The notes: generated by a model from the letters alone, not told the origin. 64,000 bases of DNA from Eledone cirrhosa (GCA_964016885.1 OZ024749.1:41044001-41108000), one strand, 5' to 3'. Counted from the stretch's first letter, positions 1 to 13,199 are shown. Translations and numbers: made by a program.

Positions 1-521
1 CAGCAGTAGTATTAGCAGTAGTATTGGTTGTTGTTGTTAGTATTGGTCAGTACTGGATTTACATCTGGGCTAAGTAGGCCGCAATCTGGAACCTCATAGT
101 CCAGATGGCCCTATCCTGTTCTGTTAATTCAAATGTTTATAGTAACTTTACTGATCAACAGATTATGAAAATATTATGAAAGTATTACCAGGGCAGAGGG
201 ATTTGGTCAATTTAGTTGTAAGTGATTAGTTTAGCCGTCAAATATCAACCAAGATATAAAAAACTTTGATATGCGAAAAACATAACATATACATAAATTG
301 TAGTGCATATACAAATAGATATGTGTTTTGGGAGTTTAGGGAGAAAAATATAATTATTGAGGGAGCCATGGCCTCCCTGTCACCCCTCCCCCCACTCCAG
401 TTCCATTGCCCCTGTATTAGAGAAGATAACTTTGATAGGTTTCGGCCAGTATTGGCCCAAGCAACGTTTAACTTAATAGTACCACCACTTTAATTTTTTA
501 ATGTGATGCAGTCATAGTAAT

Positions 522-610
522 AATTGTTTCTACGTTAGGCACAAGGCCAGCAATTACACAGTGCATTACTGGTACTTTATTCTATCGACCCCAGAAGGAT
601 GAAAGGCAAA
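522..610 (-). mobile_element. tRNA-derived SINE with Meta-type core (family A), 3' fragment
   Basis: Reverse complement reads tttgcctttcatcc...ggggtcgatagaataaagtaccagtaatgcactg...gccttgtgcctaacgtagaaacaattat, matching the full copies at 38651 and 44079. Confidence 0.85.
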
Positions 611-1149
611 TAATATAATATAATAATGAAATTATTGTGTACAGTGCTCAGGTGCACTACAACATGTTTTGTACTTTTCAAGAATGTCTTGCTTATGTGG
701 TACAAGATGTTAAGAGTTCATTATTTATCTACATATTTCAAAGTTTATATTGTTTTTGAAGTCTTCTCAGCAACTTAGCAGTCTTCAGGGGATCTGGTTG
801 ATCATGTCAACTACAATACTTTTTTTTCCATGTTTGGTACTTATTTTATCGATCTATGTTTGTTGAACTGCTAAGTTACAGGGCTTAAAAGATGGACTCA
901 GATACATATATATTCACATACATACATATACATGCACATACATTTCTACATATATACATACATGTATGCATACATACATGCATGCATACATACATGCACA
1001 CATGTGCACATACGTACATTCATGCATATACATGCATACATTCATGCATATACATGCATACATTCATGCATATACATGCATACATACACACATGATGATC
1101 GCTGCAACTCGATTTCAAGTAATTCCATTGCTTGATACTTAAGTATGAG

Positions 1150-1390
1150 TATCACAAATGTGGCTAAGGACTTGCCTATAACCAGCAACATCATACATCA
1201 CAAAATATGTCACATATCAAGCAATACCTGTGCCTGAAGCTTTTTTAAGTGAGGAAAGACTTTGCACGGGGCCAATCCCACTCTCTAAATGTCGAATGCA
1301 TTTGCCCAAAAAGAAGAACTGGTCTACATCATTGGATACAAACGAAGTTGCAGGTTTTATATCAGTGTCCTTATCTTAGAGATATGTCTT
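1150..1390 (-). mobile_element. Decayed LINE (RTE-like) 5' UTR fragment
   Basis: Aligns by eye with 4812-4975 (+) and 23840-24030 (-): ctgatataaaacctgcaac...ccaatgatgt...gtgggattgg...gtgcaaag.ctttc.tcacttaaaaa.gcttc. Confidence 0.55.
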
Positions 1391-1404
1391 AATACATACA
1401 TCTA

Positions 1405-1527
1405 CGCAGAGTGGCCCAAAAGTGACGAGACAATTTCAAGATATAACTTTTTTACAATTGATTTTTTTCAATTAAAAAGGGTTTATTATATTTTGAAACT
1501 GGCTAGTGACTTTTGGGCCACTCTGTG
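1405..1527. mobile_element. Tc1/mariner-type MITE
   Basis: Terminal inverted repeats cagagtggcccaaaagt / acttttgggccactctg around a short AT-rich core. Confidence 0.75.
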
Positions 1528-1639
1528 TCTATTTAATGTGTTTTTAATAGTTTAATGAGTAAATAAATGTACGCATGTTTAAAATATCAAATTTAGTTGA
1601 AGAGGGGGAAGGAGGGTGCAGGAGAAGTTGAAGCGGAGT

Positions 1640-2030
1640 GAAAGATGGTGAAAATGATACTGAAGATAATAAAGGTGATAGCAATTACAATGGCAACTGC
1701 AATGATGATAAATTGATGACAATGGTGATGATGATGGTGGTGGTGATGATGATTGATGATGCTGGCAATGATGGTGGTGATGATAATGGTGGTTGTGATG
1801 ATGATGATGATGGTTGTGATGATGATCGTAATGATGATGGTGATGAGGATGATAATGATAATGGTGATAATGGTGATTATGATGATGATTGTCACGAGGA
1901 TTATGATAGTGATGAGGATGATGATGATGATGATGATAATAGTGGTGGTGATGATGATTGGTGATGACTGATGCTGATAATGGTAAGGATAATTGTTATG
2001 ATAGTGATGATGATGATGGCAATGATGATA
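1640..2030. repeat. Degenerate (GAT/GGT)n microsatellite
   Basis: Direct reading; it generates the poly-Asp, poly-Met and poly-Ile ORFs. Confidence 0.9.
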
Positions 2031-2259
2031 CACAGAGCATCATGCTATTGCTCTGTTTTAAGGTTTAACATTTTCTCAACTCTTCTTAAAGGTTAAAGAC
2101 AGTCACTTTTGAAGTTGTAAAGACTTGTGTAATAGTTTTCTATGTTTATCTTCTTTTTAAATCTTGAACTATAAGTACACACACACACACACACACACGT
2201 ATGTATGTATAAATATCTTTATATATATGTGTATATGTGTGTGTGTATAATAATAATGA

Positions 2260-2668
2260 AATAATAATAATGAAATTATTGTGTAAAGTGCTCAGGTGCA
2301 CTACAACTCGTCAAAGGTGCATGTATAGTACATAGAATAATATACAAATGTCAGGGAAGTGAACAGTGTATGAGTCATGATATACATGTGTGTATGTGTA
2401 TGGAGGGGGAACATTAGGTGTAGTGTTGGCGAATCTCGAGAAGCATGGAGGTTTTAAAGGATGCAGTGTCTTGACAGCTAACTGATGCAGGTAGTATATA
2501 TATAATAATGAAATTATTGTGTACAGTGTTCAGGTGCACTACAACTAATGAAAGGTGCATGTATAGTACATAGAATAATGTACAAATGCTAGGAAAGTGA
2601 ATAGTGTATGAGTCATGATATACATGTGTGCGTGTGTATGGAGGGTGGGTGGGATATCACGTGTAGTG
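2260..2668 (-). mobile_element. Two tandem CR1-like LINE 3' ends
   Basis: Each starts aataatgaaattattgtgta.agtg.tcaggtgcactacaact, the reverse complement of the CR1-like 3' UTR at 61040-61175. Confidence 0.8.
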
Positions 2669-3023
2669 TGTATATATATATATATATAAATCAGAATGGA
2701 TGTCATAGCCTCCATCTTTCTTGCCCTCACCATCTATCTGTATTATGAGCAAATGGGGTCCCACGTGCTGCCTCCCCACAGCCGCAGTGGACAGAATGGA
2801 GAAGGTGTTTCCCTGGAGGATGGTAAGGGAAATGCGCTGGAAGAGCTATTCCATCTTGCGAGGCTCACACCTGCAGCTAGCCAGTTCAGCGCCTATGGTG
2901 GTAAGTAGGGAGGTAGCCCTATGGCCAAGGACACCAGAAGTCTTCACTGCTAGGGACACGGCTGCAAACTTATTGAAGAGCAACCGATTATAGTTTATGG
3001 ATTTTGTTATTTACTAGGATGTA

Positions 3024-3193
3024 CTGTACTTCCTGGTGCCGAAGGTGCTTCGTCCTCGAGGACAGACCCTAATTTTGACAACCAAAAATTTGAAAAAAAA
3101 ATAATAAACAACCTTCGGCCTCCAGGACCCATGGTAGATTTTTGAGACTTATTTTAGGGAAAAAAGTAGCGTCTTCGATGCCGGGAAATACGG
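3024..3193. mobile_element. pogo/Tc2-like MITE with TA flanks
   Basis: TIRs ctgtacttcctggtgccgaaggtgc / gcgtcttcgatgccgggaaatacgg flanked by TA; sister copies at 7443 and 45333. Confidence 0.8.
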
Positions 3194-4130
3194 TATATAG
3201 AAGATTTTGTTCTTATTCATTTAGAGATCAGTTGGGCTCCTGCTACTGATACGGTACTTTAGATTCTGGCTGGAATTTCAAGCCCCTCAAAAGTAATATC
3301 CATGTATTAGTCGTCCCCATAAATTTAACTTTAAAAATTGGTCTTAAAAATTCGACTTTTAAACAAGTATATAGAGTAAATATGTATGGATTGGATGTGG
3401 AAGGAGGGGAGAGTCTATTGTTTTTGTATGTTGGTATGGGTTGTGCTGGCTTTTGAAGGGAGGATGAAAGTGGATGATGCCATTTTCTATGCTAGAAGGA
3501 ATTGGATGAGTGGTGGGGGGGGGGGATTATGAAAGTGGGAGAAAGTGAATGGGGGAGGTCTAAGGTGGAGTTCTTAGATACTCCTAAGACTCCTACGTTC
3601 TCCAATCTTCTCTCCCTACACTCTCTTAACCACACTTTCCCCACTCCCTCTATCACCCCCACCTTTTTCACTTTTTCCCTTTCTATTCCCTGTATCACTC
3701 CCACCCTCCCCATCTCCCCCATTCCTCTCCCTCCCACCATTTCCATACCCCTTTCCAAACCCCACCCCACCCCACCACCACCTACAATCAAAGAATCACC
3801 ACAGACCACCATAAATACATGTTATGCCCAGTTGGCACTAGAACAGAATTACTTGCTGTCAACTTACCAAATTGTGGAATCAATGTAAATTTGTAGCTCC
3901 CACTAGCACCACCATTGCCATCAAAGCCACCTCCATTAACATAGCCATTCTCCTCCTCCCACAAGACCACCACCACTGCCACTGCCAAGAGTTTTCTACT
4001 AGAGTCTCTGACTGACCAGTGCTTTGTGAGTTAATTTGGTAGACAGAAACAGTAAGGAAGCCTGTTGTACTTTTGTGTATATATATATACACACACACAT
4101 ACATATATGTGTATATATATATATATAAAT

Positions 4131-4470
4131 GGAGGCTCATGGCTTAGTGGTTAGAGTATTGGCCTTGCAATCGAAAGGTTGTGAGTTCAATTCTCAGACC
4201 GGGTGATGTGTTGTTTCCTTGAGCAAGACACTTTATTTCACATTGCTCCAGTTTACTCAGCTGTAGAAATGAGATGATAGGGACTGGGGTCCCTATCATT
4301 CCACTGCAAAGTGGTCGTGGAGGTGCCACGGCAAAAAAGCACCCAGCACTCACTGTAAATGAGGTTGGTGTTAGGAAGGGCATCCAGCTGTAGAAATCAT
4401 GCCAGCATCAGTTCCCGTCCCACCCTTGCAAGCAGGGAAAAGTGGACGTAAAATGAAATGATGATGAAAA
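4131..4470 (+). mobile_element. Full-length tRNA-derived CORE-SINE with RTE-derived tail (family B)
   Basis: A box tggcttagtgg, B box gagttcaattc, MIR-like core ccttgagcaagacacttt...ccagtttactcagctgtagaaatgag, tail shared with the RTE at 58592, (ATG)n end. Confidence 0.88.
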
Positions 4471-4485
4471 ATGATGATGATGATA

Positions 4486-4668
4486 AAAGGACCCAGCACA
4501 CACTGTAAATGTAGTCGGCGCTAGGAAGGGCATCCAGCCGTAGAACACCAGGTCAGACACCGTCCTATATGAGCGAGACATGGTCACTCGACCCAACTTG
4601 CCTCTAAATGGGGCAAACCCATCTAACCCATGCTAACATGGAAGATAGACATTAAACAATGATGATGA
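4486..4668 (+). mobile_element. RTE 3' UTR fragment
   Basis: aggaagggcatccagccgtagaa...acccatgctaacatggaagatagacattaaacaatgatgatg. Confidence 0.75.
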
Positions 4669-4811
4669 TATATATATGTGTATATACACACAAACACACA
4701 CATATACATATATGTATTTATATATTTATGTAAATACTGCTCAGTTTAGTGCCCAAGTGCATGGTTAGCCCACTTGACATGAGAGACCTTCTAGTTCTTG
4801 TTAAGACATCA

Positions 4812-4975
4812 TTCTAGGAGAAAGAAAACTCTGACATAAAACCTACAACTCGATGGCAGCCAATGATGTTAGCCTGTTTTTTTTTTTGATACCTGTCACC
4901 ATTGTTCAGGGAGTGGAATTGGTTCAATGCAAGGCCTTTCTTCACTTAAAAATGCTTCGTAGCAGGTACCTCTTG
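4812..4975 (+). mobile_element. Decayed RTE-like 5' UTR fragment
   Basis: ctaggagaaagaaaactctgacataaaacct motif; homologous to 23840-24030 (-). Confidence 0.55.
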
Positions 4976-5421
4976 CGGAGGTAAACCCACAATTTCTCCA
5001 GACCTACCTTTCATTGTGCCAATGTTGATTGCTGTAGCTCTGAAATTTTGAATCTGATACATGGAAGAGAAAGAAGGTGGCTGGGGAGGTGAATGAGGGG
5101 CTGGAGTAAATATCATCCATTATATATATCATCATTTTATGTCTGCCTTCCACGCTGATACATAGTACAATATATAATCAGCCAAAGCTATATTTATATC
5201 AAGTTTAGATATAAATATACACATGAACACATCTATGCTTACCCAAGTAAACAAGCTATGAAGTATACATCCTAGTCTGTTTGTCTTTGTCGTAGAACTT
5301 GTTAATGAAGAGAATTATATTTCAGGTGAAAAGGATGTTACATGGGTTATTGAATGTTTTCTGAGAAATACTCTACAGATTGTGTGAAGCTAATGACTGA
5401 TCATACATTCTCATCATTTGA

Positions 5422-5633
5422 CTCTTTAGCATTTACATTACTCTATTGTATTTTTGTGGTAAAGGCTTATGTTACATAATTATCCCACATAATATCGAAT
5501 CTACGAGATTTTGATGTTATTTATTTTGAGAACAAATACCTTAATGTCAGTATGAGTGGCTAGTTACGACTGGTTTGAACAGAAAGAAGCAAAAGATTTC
5601 TGGCCAGATATGGCCAGTTTAAATGCTAAAGGG
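5422..5633. mobile_element. piggyBac-type MITE, family 1
   Basis: ctctttagcattta...taaatgctaaaggg+TTAA; about 215 bp; sister copies at 16799, 19021, 42163, 62517. Confidence 0.8.
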
Positions 5634-6299
5634 TTAACATCTATTTTCACTGCCAGCAAGGGTTGGACAAGCTGTCGTAGACTAAGCCAGTCACTTAATA
5701 GGAGCTACTGATCTTTCAGATGGGCCGAGAACTGCATCATGCTTACATATGTTCCCAAACTCTACACAGCCCCACTGAATTCATCTTATCAAGCCACCAG
5801 AACTTGGAAGATTCTCATGTTTCTGATATTACTGACGGGTCTTCTTGTACCTTTTTTTGTTACCATTTCTCTATGGTGGGATGCATTTCCTATCATCAAC
5901 CACTTTACAGAGTGCTGGGTGTGTTTTATCATGTCACCAACAACACTAAAGAGGTTGTCATGCCCTTGGCACAACTGAACAGACTTCATGACCATTTTTT
6001 GACATGGTTTCTACATCTAGCTGCACTTTCTGTCACCACCCACCTTACAGGCATCAGCACTGGAGAGGTTGTCAATCATTAACTTGACTAAATAACCCAC
6101 TCTACTTACCCTATGGTGACAAGTGTAAAATGAGGGGTGTATGGCAAGTAGAAGAGGGGTGAAAAACTGTGTCATGAGTAAAGACAAGAGTTTTGGAATT
6201 TGACAGGGTGATGATTGTGAGGGAGGGGATTTCCAATACTGTGTTGGTTACTACACACATTTCTACAAAAAATTGTCAAATTGTTTCAAAATAAAAAAT

Positions 6300-6445
6300 A
6301 GCTTTGCAGCATGCAGTTACGGCCCTTTACGGTCTGAGTTCAAATCCCGCCGAGGTTAACTTTGCCTTTCATCCTTACAGGGTTGATAAAATAAAGCACC
6401 AGTAAGGCACCAGTAATTGCTGGCCTTGTGCCAAATCTAGAAATA
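6300..6445 (+). mobile_element. SINE family A, 5'-truncated
   Basis: B box gagttcaaatcc followed by the core ttgcctttcatccttacagggttgataaaataaag. Confidence 0.85.
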
Positions 6446-7442
6446 ATCATTATTAGTCGTTGTTTGCCCCAGAATCGACTGTGAATGATCAGACCTATGG
6501 TTGAAGATGTTCTAATCATGACCATCCCCGTCTTTCTCCTCCAGTCTATGTCAGGTAAACTATTGATAACCAGCTGGTCTAATATTTATTTTTTCTGTTT
6601 TCACAGTCAGCAGTGTGAAACTCTGGTAATGCAGAATTAACTGCTCTGCCTCAATGCACACAATAGATTTATTCATTTTCGTTTTTATCTTTTTACATAA
6701 AAATAATAAAGAATTTAATGTTAGTCAAACATAGAAAAAGAAATACTATAGATGCTATAAATGAGAGGAAAAGAAGAGAAAGAGCAAGGATTATTAAGTG
6801 GCAAAAGAAATAAAGGAGGAAGAGGAAAGGGTGTCAGAATCTACAGCTAAGTTAGAGTGGTGTTTCAATTGCATCCTGGGAAAAAAACAGCAAAGGCATT
6901 TCCACAGACAATGGTTAGCAACACCCGCTACAAGAACCATCTCATCTCACGGCGCTCCTTCCTCAGACAGATTGCTGTCATTCCGATTATGCAGAGGAGG
7001 TCAGCTGTCCAAACAGATTGTCTGAAGTCTAGTTGACCTCATGACATCTTGACTTCCTAACCTAACCTAGTGGTTCTCAACCTTTTCGCTGTCAATGACC
7101 CACCTTCATGAAAGTCCTGATGTGATGCAATCTTATATGTTGTTGTTACAGCTCTTAGCTGTAACAACAACATATGTACACATGTGGGTGTATGTGTGCA
7201 TGCATGTGTGTGTGTATTTGCATGCATGTGTGTGTATAACATTTATTTTTCAATATGGATGAAAAAGATAGTGCTGTGATTCCAAAGTAATCCCCCTATG
7301 TGACTGCATTCTTAATGAAATGCACTCTATTTCAATTACTTAATGAAGAATTTTGGGGGATTTACTAAAATTATTAATTATTTCATTATAAAGATAGTAA
7401 TATAACATTCTTATACAAATTATGTTGGAAGATTCTAATTCA

Positions 7443-7610
7443 CAGTATCTTCCGGCGTCGGAGATGCTACTTTTTTCCTAAAATAAGTCTCAAAAATCTA
7501 CCATGCGTCCTGGAGGCCGAAGGTTGTTTATTATTTTTTTTCAAATTTTTGGTTGACAAAATTAAGGTTCGTCCTCAAGGACGAAGTGTCTTTGGCGCAA
7601 GGAAATACAG
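7443..7610. mobile_element. pogo/Tc2-like MITE nested in an older TTAA-family element
   Basis: Inverted copy of 3024-3193. Confidence 0.8.
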
Positions 7611-8184
7611 TAAATACAAACTATTTAAAATGGGTAGTTTTGATTCATAGAGCAAGAGTTGGTGTGGGCTAGGCTGGGCTGGTATCAAAAGGATTAATGA
7701 AGAACTTTGAAGGATTTACTTAAATTATTTCATTAATTCAGGGACCCACTAGTATTCCCTTTGTGGACTCATAAAGGTCCACAGACCCAGTTTTGGCACC
7801 TCAGCACCTTAAGCTAGCCCTACAATATGCACCCTCTTCTCCCAGTTATAAATGAAATAAGTTTGGTCAGCCTAGTTTTTAATGAGTCTTTCTCTGACCA
7901 ATCTAAGAAAATTACTAAGCCTGCATTTTCCACTACACAGTCCACATTCACCAGTGGCAAATATGTGGCAGGTCATAACACCATACGACACTCTCCACCA
8001 GTTTGGATATTTCCACAACTCTGTTATGCGGTAAAGTTGTTTATCAATCTATTTATTGATCATAGGAAATTATTATATATTTAATGTAATTAGACAAATG
8101 TGTATAAAATTGTAATCCTTTAAGGTTCAGTAATGTGACTCTCTGAGGTCTGCACACAAGAGAGCTGCTTGGCTGGCCTTAATA

Positions 8185-8720
8185 GTGGTGGTGGTGATGT
8201 GGGGGTAAGGATAGTGGTGATGGGGGGGGGAGTAAGGATAGTGGTGGTGGTGGCAATAGTTATGATTATAGTGATGGTGGTGGTAGTCTGAGGGGTAAGG
8301 ATAGTGGTGATGGTGGTGGTGGTGTGGGGTAAGGATAGTGGTGATGGTGGTGGTGGTGTGGGGTAAGGATAGTGGTGGTGGTGATGTGGGGTAAGGATAG
8401 TGGTGGTGTTGGTGGGGGTAAGGTTAGTGGTGATGGGGGGGGGGGTAAGGATAGTGGTGGTGGTGGTGGTTGGGGGGGGGATAAGGATAGTGGTGGTGGT
8501 GGCAATAGTTATGATTATAGTGATGGTGGTGGTAGTCTTGGGGGTAAGGATAGTGGTGATGGTGGTGGTAGTCTGGGGGGGGAAGGATAGTGGTGATGGT
8601 GGTGGTGGTGTGGGGTAAAGATAGGGGGGGGGTTAATAATAGTGGTGATGGTGTGGGGGTAAGGATGGTGGTGGTGTGGGGGTAAGGATAGTGGTGATGG
8701 CAGCAATAGTTATGATTATG
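8185..8720. repeat. G-rich minisatellite (ggggtaaggatagtggtg(a/g)tggt...)
   Basis: ggtaaggatagtggtg recurs at roughly 25-35 bp spacing with G4-G11 runs. Confidence 0.85.
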
Positions 8721-8896
8721 GTGGTGGTGGTGGTGGCAGTAATTGTGATTATGTCTGTGTCAGTGGAGATGGTGGTAGTAGTGGTGTTGGTAGTTGTGAT
8801 TAATATGGAGGTGGCTTAGTTGTAATGGTAGTGATGGTGGTAATGGTGCTATTGTTATGTAATGATGATGATTAAGGTGATGATGGTGATGCTACT

Positions 8897-8927
<31 letters not shown>

Positions 8928-9244
8928 ATGTCAGTGTTGTCTATGCTCAATATCATAACTATTAGCTACAAAAATAACCAAAGCCACACCACCACCACCT
9001 CCACCGCGATTGCCACCACCATCTGTCATTATACTGTGGCCATGCTGGGGCACTGTCTTGATGTTGATCATATCAAACCCATTTTGTTTTGAATCAAATA
9101 TTTTTTTTATCGATTTCTTTTTGTCGAACTGCTAAGTTGCAGATCATAAACAGTAAACATAAATGCTGACACACATGCACACACACACACACACAGACAT
9201 ATATTATATATATACATAGTATACATAATTCCTGCTGCTTATAT

Positions 9245-9690
9245 AAAGAGAAAGGAGAGAGAGAGAGAGAGAGATTGACAAGAAAGTCAGTGTAAATGAA
9301 AGATTAATTAAAAGAGAGAGAGAGAGAGAGCGAAAGATAATGAGAGACTGGGAAAGTTAAAGAGAGAGATAGAGAAAAACAGGTAGAGTGACAGAAAGTG
9401 AAAGAGAGTGAGAAAGAAAAAATAAGAGAGTGAGATATTGAGAGGAACAGATAGAGCAATTGAGAAAGAAAGAAAGATCAGAGAGAGTGAGAGGAACAGA
9501 TAGAGCAATTGAAAGAGAGAGAAAGAGTGAGAGGAACAGATAGAGCAATTGAAAGAGAGAGAAAGAGAGAAAGATCAGAGAGAGTGAGAGGAACAGATAG
9601 AGCAATTAAGTAAGTAAGAGAGAAAGAGAAAAAGGAGGAGATAGTGTGTATGTAAGAGAAAGAGAGGGTGAGAGTACTTCATTCAGTGGC
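9245..9690 (+). promoter_or_regulatory. Candidate promoter: GA-rich tract ending at an Inr-like TTCATTCAGT
   Basis: About 420 bp purine tract (gagaggaacagatagagcaatt four times) directly before TCATT/TCAGT at 9679-9687 and the putative first exon. Confidence 0.45.
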
Positions 9691-9978
9691 TGCCAACACA
9701 GTCATTTGTAATTCGGCTCGCTTATAACACAGCGGGCTGAATTGAACGAAAAAAAAAAGAAAATTGTTTTTCTTTATCAATAAGATCAAAAGACAAACAA
9801 AGCAACCGTCTTATCCTTACAGAACGAAAATTCCATCACCACTTTGGTGAAAATTTGGAATTATTACTGAAATTTAGACAGAATTTGTTGAGAAAAGCCA
9901 GTTTTTGTTGGTCTATTTACGTCGTCGTACATAGCAGACGACAGGGATACAGCGCGACACACACACAATGGCTGTTAG
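9681..9978 (+). other. Putative first exon (about 285 nt 5' UTR plus 11 coding nt) of an unidentified gene
   Basis: Non-repetitive, locally CpG-retaining, no ATG before 9968, ends at a consensus donor AG|GTAAGT (GT at 9979). Confidence 0.6.
9968..9978 (+). CDS. Probable start of a spliced CDS: Met-Ala-Val-(Arg/Ser), then a phase-2 intron
   Basis: Strong Kozak context acaATGG followed by AG|GTAAGT; no convincing exon 2 found in the window. Confidence 0.5.
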
Positions 9979-9997
9979 GTAAGTAACCTTGTATTAA

Positions 9998-10680
9998 CAC
10001 ACATACAAATACATACATACACACGCGCACACATACAAATACATACATACACACGAGCACACATACAAATACATACATACACACGCGCACACATACAAAT
10101 ACATACATACACACGCGCACACATACAAATACATACATACACACGCACACACATACAAATACATACATACATACACACGCACACACATACAAATACATAC
10201 ATACACACGCGCACACATACAAATACATACATACACACGCGCACACATACAAATACATACATACACACGCGCACACATACAAATACATACATACACACGC
10301 GCACACATACAAATACATACATACACACGCACACACATACAAATACATACATACATACACACGCACACACATACAAATACATACATACACACGCGCACAC
10401 ATACAAATACATACATACACACGCGCACACATACAAATACATACATACACACGCGCACACATACAAATACATACATACACACGCACACACATACAAATAC
10501 ATACATACACACGCGCACACATACAAATACATACATACACACGCACACACATACAAATACATACATACACACGCGCACACATACAAATACATACATACAC
10601 ACGCACACACATACAAATACATACATACACACGCACACACATACAAATACATACATACACACGCACACACATACAAATAC
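9998..10680. repeat. 30-bp minisatellite (acacatacaaatacatacatacacacgcgc), about 22 copies
   Basis: Highly homogeneous units starting about 20 nt after the donor site. Confidence 0.95.
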
Positions 10681-11660
10681 ATTACGTGGAAATGTACAAT
10701 CATAGAAACACAAGAGTTTGTGTGTGTAATACATATGTGTGTATATGTCTATGTATGTATATCTGTGTGCGTGTGTATGCATGTGTGCGTGTCTCTGTTT
10801 ATATGTAATTATGCAATGTACATATGTTTGTATGCATGTATACACGCGTATGTGTATGTATACATGTGTGTGTTTATGTATGTTTGAAGGGTGAAAGCAG
10901 CGATTCTTTGCTTAAACTTTAATCTGTTATTTTAATATATATATATATATATATATTAAACATATATATATTAACATATATATATATTAAACATATATGT
11001 GTGTGTGTGTGTTTATTTGTATGTGTGTGTGTGTGTGTTTATTTGTATGTGTGTGTGTGTGTGTGTTTATTTGTATGTGTGTGTGTTTATTTGTGTGTGT
11101 GTGTGTTTATTTGTATGAGCGTGTGTATGCATGTATGTGTATTTTTGTCTTCGTATGTTTGTATGTATTTATGTAATGCATGTATGCATTTGTGTGAGCA
11201 TATGTATGTATATCTCTTATTCTTTTACTGGTTTCAGTTATATATACCCTATATACATAGAGATAAATAGCAGTTTTTATTTTATTTTTTTTTTTTTTTA
11301 CCAAAGATATCGAGTGTGTAAAACCACATGCGACTTATCTACCAAACACTTGCTCTGGTCTTGAAATATTAAAAAAATCAAACCAGAATATTATAAACAC
11401 AAAGATAGGAGGAGGGGCGATTTATCTACCGCTGGCTTATATACGAGTATACGAGTGATTATATACACACATTCACACACAAAGCAAAACATACACGTCT
11501 ACACATACTTAATCATGTCTCTAAAATTGCATATTACTTAAGATGTCAACGTACATATATACATGCGCTTGCATACGTGTATGTATATGCACTCTTTATA
11601 CACGCATCTATCTATTCCCCTCTCGCTCTCCCTCCCTCTCTCTCTATATATATTTTATTT

Positions 11661-11808
11661 AGAAATGACTTATACATGACTAGAGCTGTTTCATTCGTGT
11701 GAAACCAAGAATGATGATTTCATATAAAACAAAACAAAAAAGCCTATACTCTACCAATGTATTGAGTACTTCTTTTAACTGTGGTTAAGCCCTGACAACT
11801 CGGGAATC
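11661..11808 (+). mobile_element. Penelope-like LTR remnant (same family as 39038 and 60525), partly deleted
   Basis: aaatgac...gactagagctgtttcattcg inverted arm plus tail gcctatactctaccaatgtattgagtact...ttaactgtggtta shared with 39190-39260. Confidence 0.55.
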
Positions 11809-11921
11809 TCTCTCTCTCCCTCCCTTTCTCTCTCTCTCTCTCTCTTTCTATCTATCTATCTCTCTCGATAGATAGATAGATAGATAATCTCTCTCTCTAT
11901 ATATATATAGATGATCTATAT

Positions 11922-12080
11922 ATCATCATCATCGTTTAACGTCCATCTTCCACGCTTGCATGGGTTTGGACGGGAGTTTTCCCACTTGAGGCAAGAGTGG
12001 TTGTCTTGCCCGCATAGGACTGTCTGGCGGGTTTTCTACGGCTGGATGCCCTTCCTAACACCAACCACGTTTACAGTGTG
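11922..12080 (-). mobile_element. RTE 3' UTR fragment
   Basis: Reverse complement of the 36645-36808 tail. Confidence 0.8.
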
Positions 12081-12950
12081 TGTATATATATATATATATA
12101 TTTACAGTTGTATGTGTATATATATATATATATATACAACTAATTATTGGATCTATTCAAATCATGAGTTAAATATATAAACACACGCGCGCGCACACAT
12201 TTATGTATGTATATCTATATTACGTGTAGTTCACAAAAGGATTCAATACTTATGTTCAGTGGGATGTAAAATAACATATTTGAGAATTTACTTTACATTT
12301 GTATAATTGCTTTAATACATAGATAGATATAGAAGCAAAATAAATTGTTTGTGTTGAAATACATATGTAAAAACAAATTCAAAATATATAATGATTGTGA
12401 TGGTGCTTTGCTATTCTAGTACCTTAGTCTCGCTATCACCAACAGCCATGCAGTGAGTGTCTTGGCTTAAGGGAAACACCAGTATTTCCTGATGTAGCAT
12501 GTAATTAAGTGTGCATTTCTTCTCTTGTGTTTTTCTCTACTATGGCTATTTTTTTTTATTGATTTATTTCATCGTTAAATTATGTATCTTTATATAATTT
12601 TTTTGTATTACTAAATCCTTCCGAATTCTTGATTTCGTTTTTTTTTTAATTTTCATTATATATATATTGGTCAAATTATTTTATATAAATTGTGATTATG
12701 TGTAAAGAAATACCAAATATGTGTGTGTGTTTCTGTATGTGCGAGTATATATATATTTTTTTTTTTTGTGTCTTTATTGGACCTTCTTTTTGTTTCTCCA
12801 TTGTGATACTGTCTCTATTTGTATTTCTGAAGAAGGGTTTAAGCCCGACACCCCTAACTTTCTTTCCTTTTTCCAATATAAAGCGTGAAACTAAGACTGT
12901 TTGTGCTTTTGTTTGTTGTCTCCTTGAAACATATATATATATATATATGA

Positions 12951-12985
<35 letters not shown>

Positions 12986-12991
<6 letters not shown>

Positions 12992-13150
12992 ATTACGGTT
13001 GAGTCAGTGGCCTGTTACTCTAGAGTCGGTCAAGAACTGTCTGATGAGGCTGAAATCAAACTGGAGAAACAGGCCACTGACTCGACCTTAATAAAACTAT
13101 TAATCTCTACTATTATATTGAGTACTATTCTTAGGACAGTTAATACTAAA
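12986..13150 (+). mobile_element. Fold-back element with decayed hammerhead-like core and tail motif (Penelope-like)
   Basis: IR 12986-13024 / 13061-13098, CTGATGA at 13041, GAAAC at 13066, ctctac-tatta-tattgagtact at 13105. Confidence 0.5.
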
Positions 13151-13199
13151 CAGATGATCATCATCATCCTCATCATCTGCTTTCCCTGCTGGCAAGGGT

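Noticed and set aside
497-518. 22-mer tttaatgtgatgca(g/a)tcatagt shared with 14630-14651, both just before a SINE tail
   Set aside because: Only two short copies at different distances from the SINE; probably an older repeat fragment
2690-2995. GC-richer island with 70 and 90 aa ORFs and a gtaagt site
   Set aside because: No recognisable protein and no acceptor; more likely a decayed LINE ORF1 fragment. BLASTX would decide.
4131-4205. tRNA gene
   Set aside because: A and B boxes are present but acceptor and anticodon stems do not pair, and it runs into a SINE core; same at 57919 and 54407
6798-7055. Unique-looking ORF region, and a possible 19-nt micro-exon at 6606-6624
   Set aside because: No homology I can recognise; the donor is weak and both lie upstream of the candidate TSS
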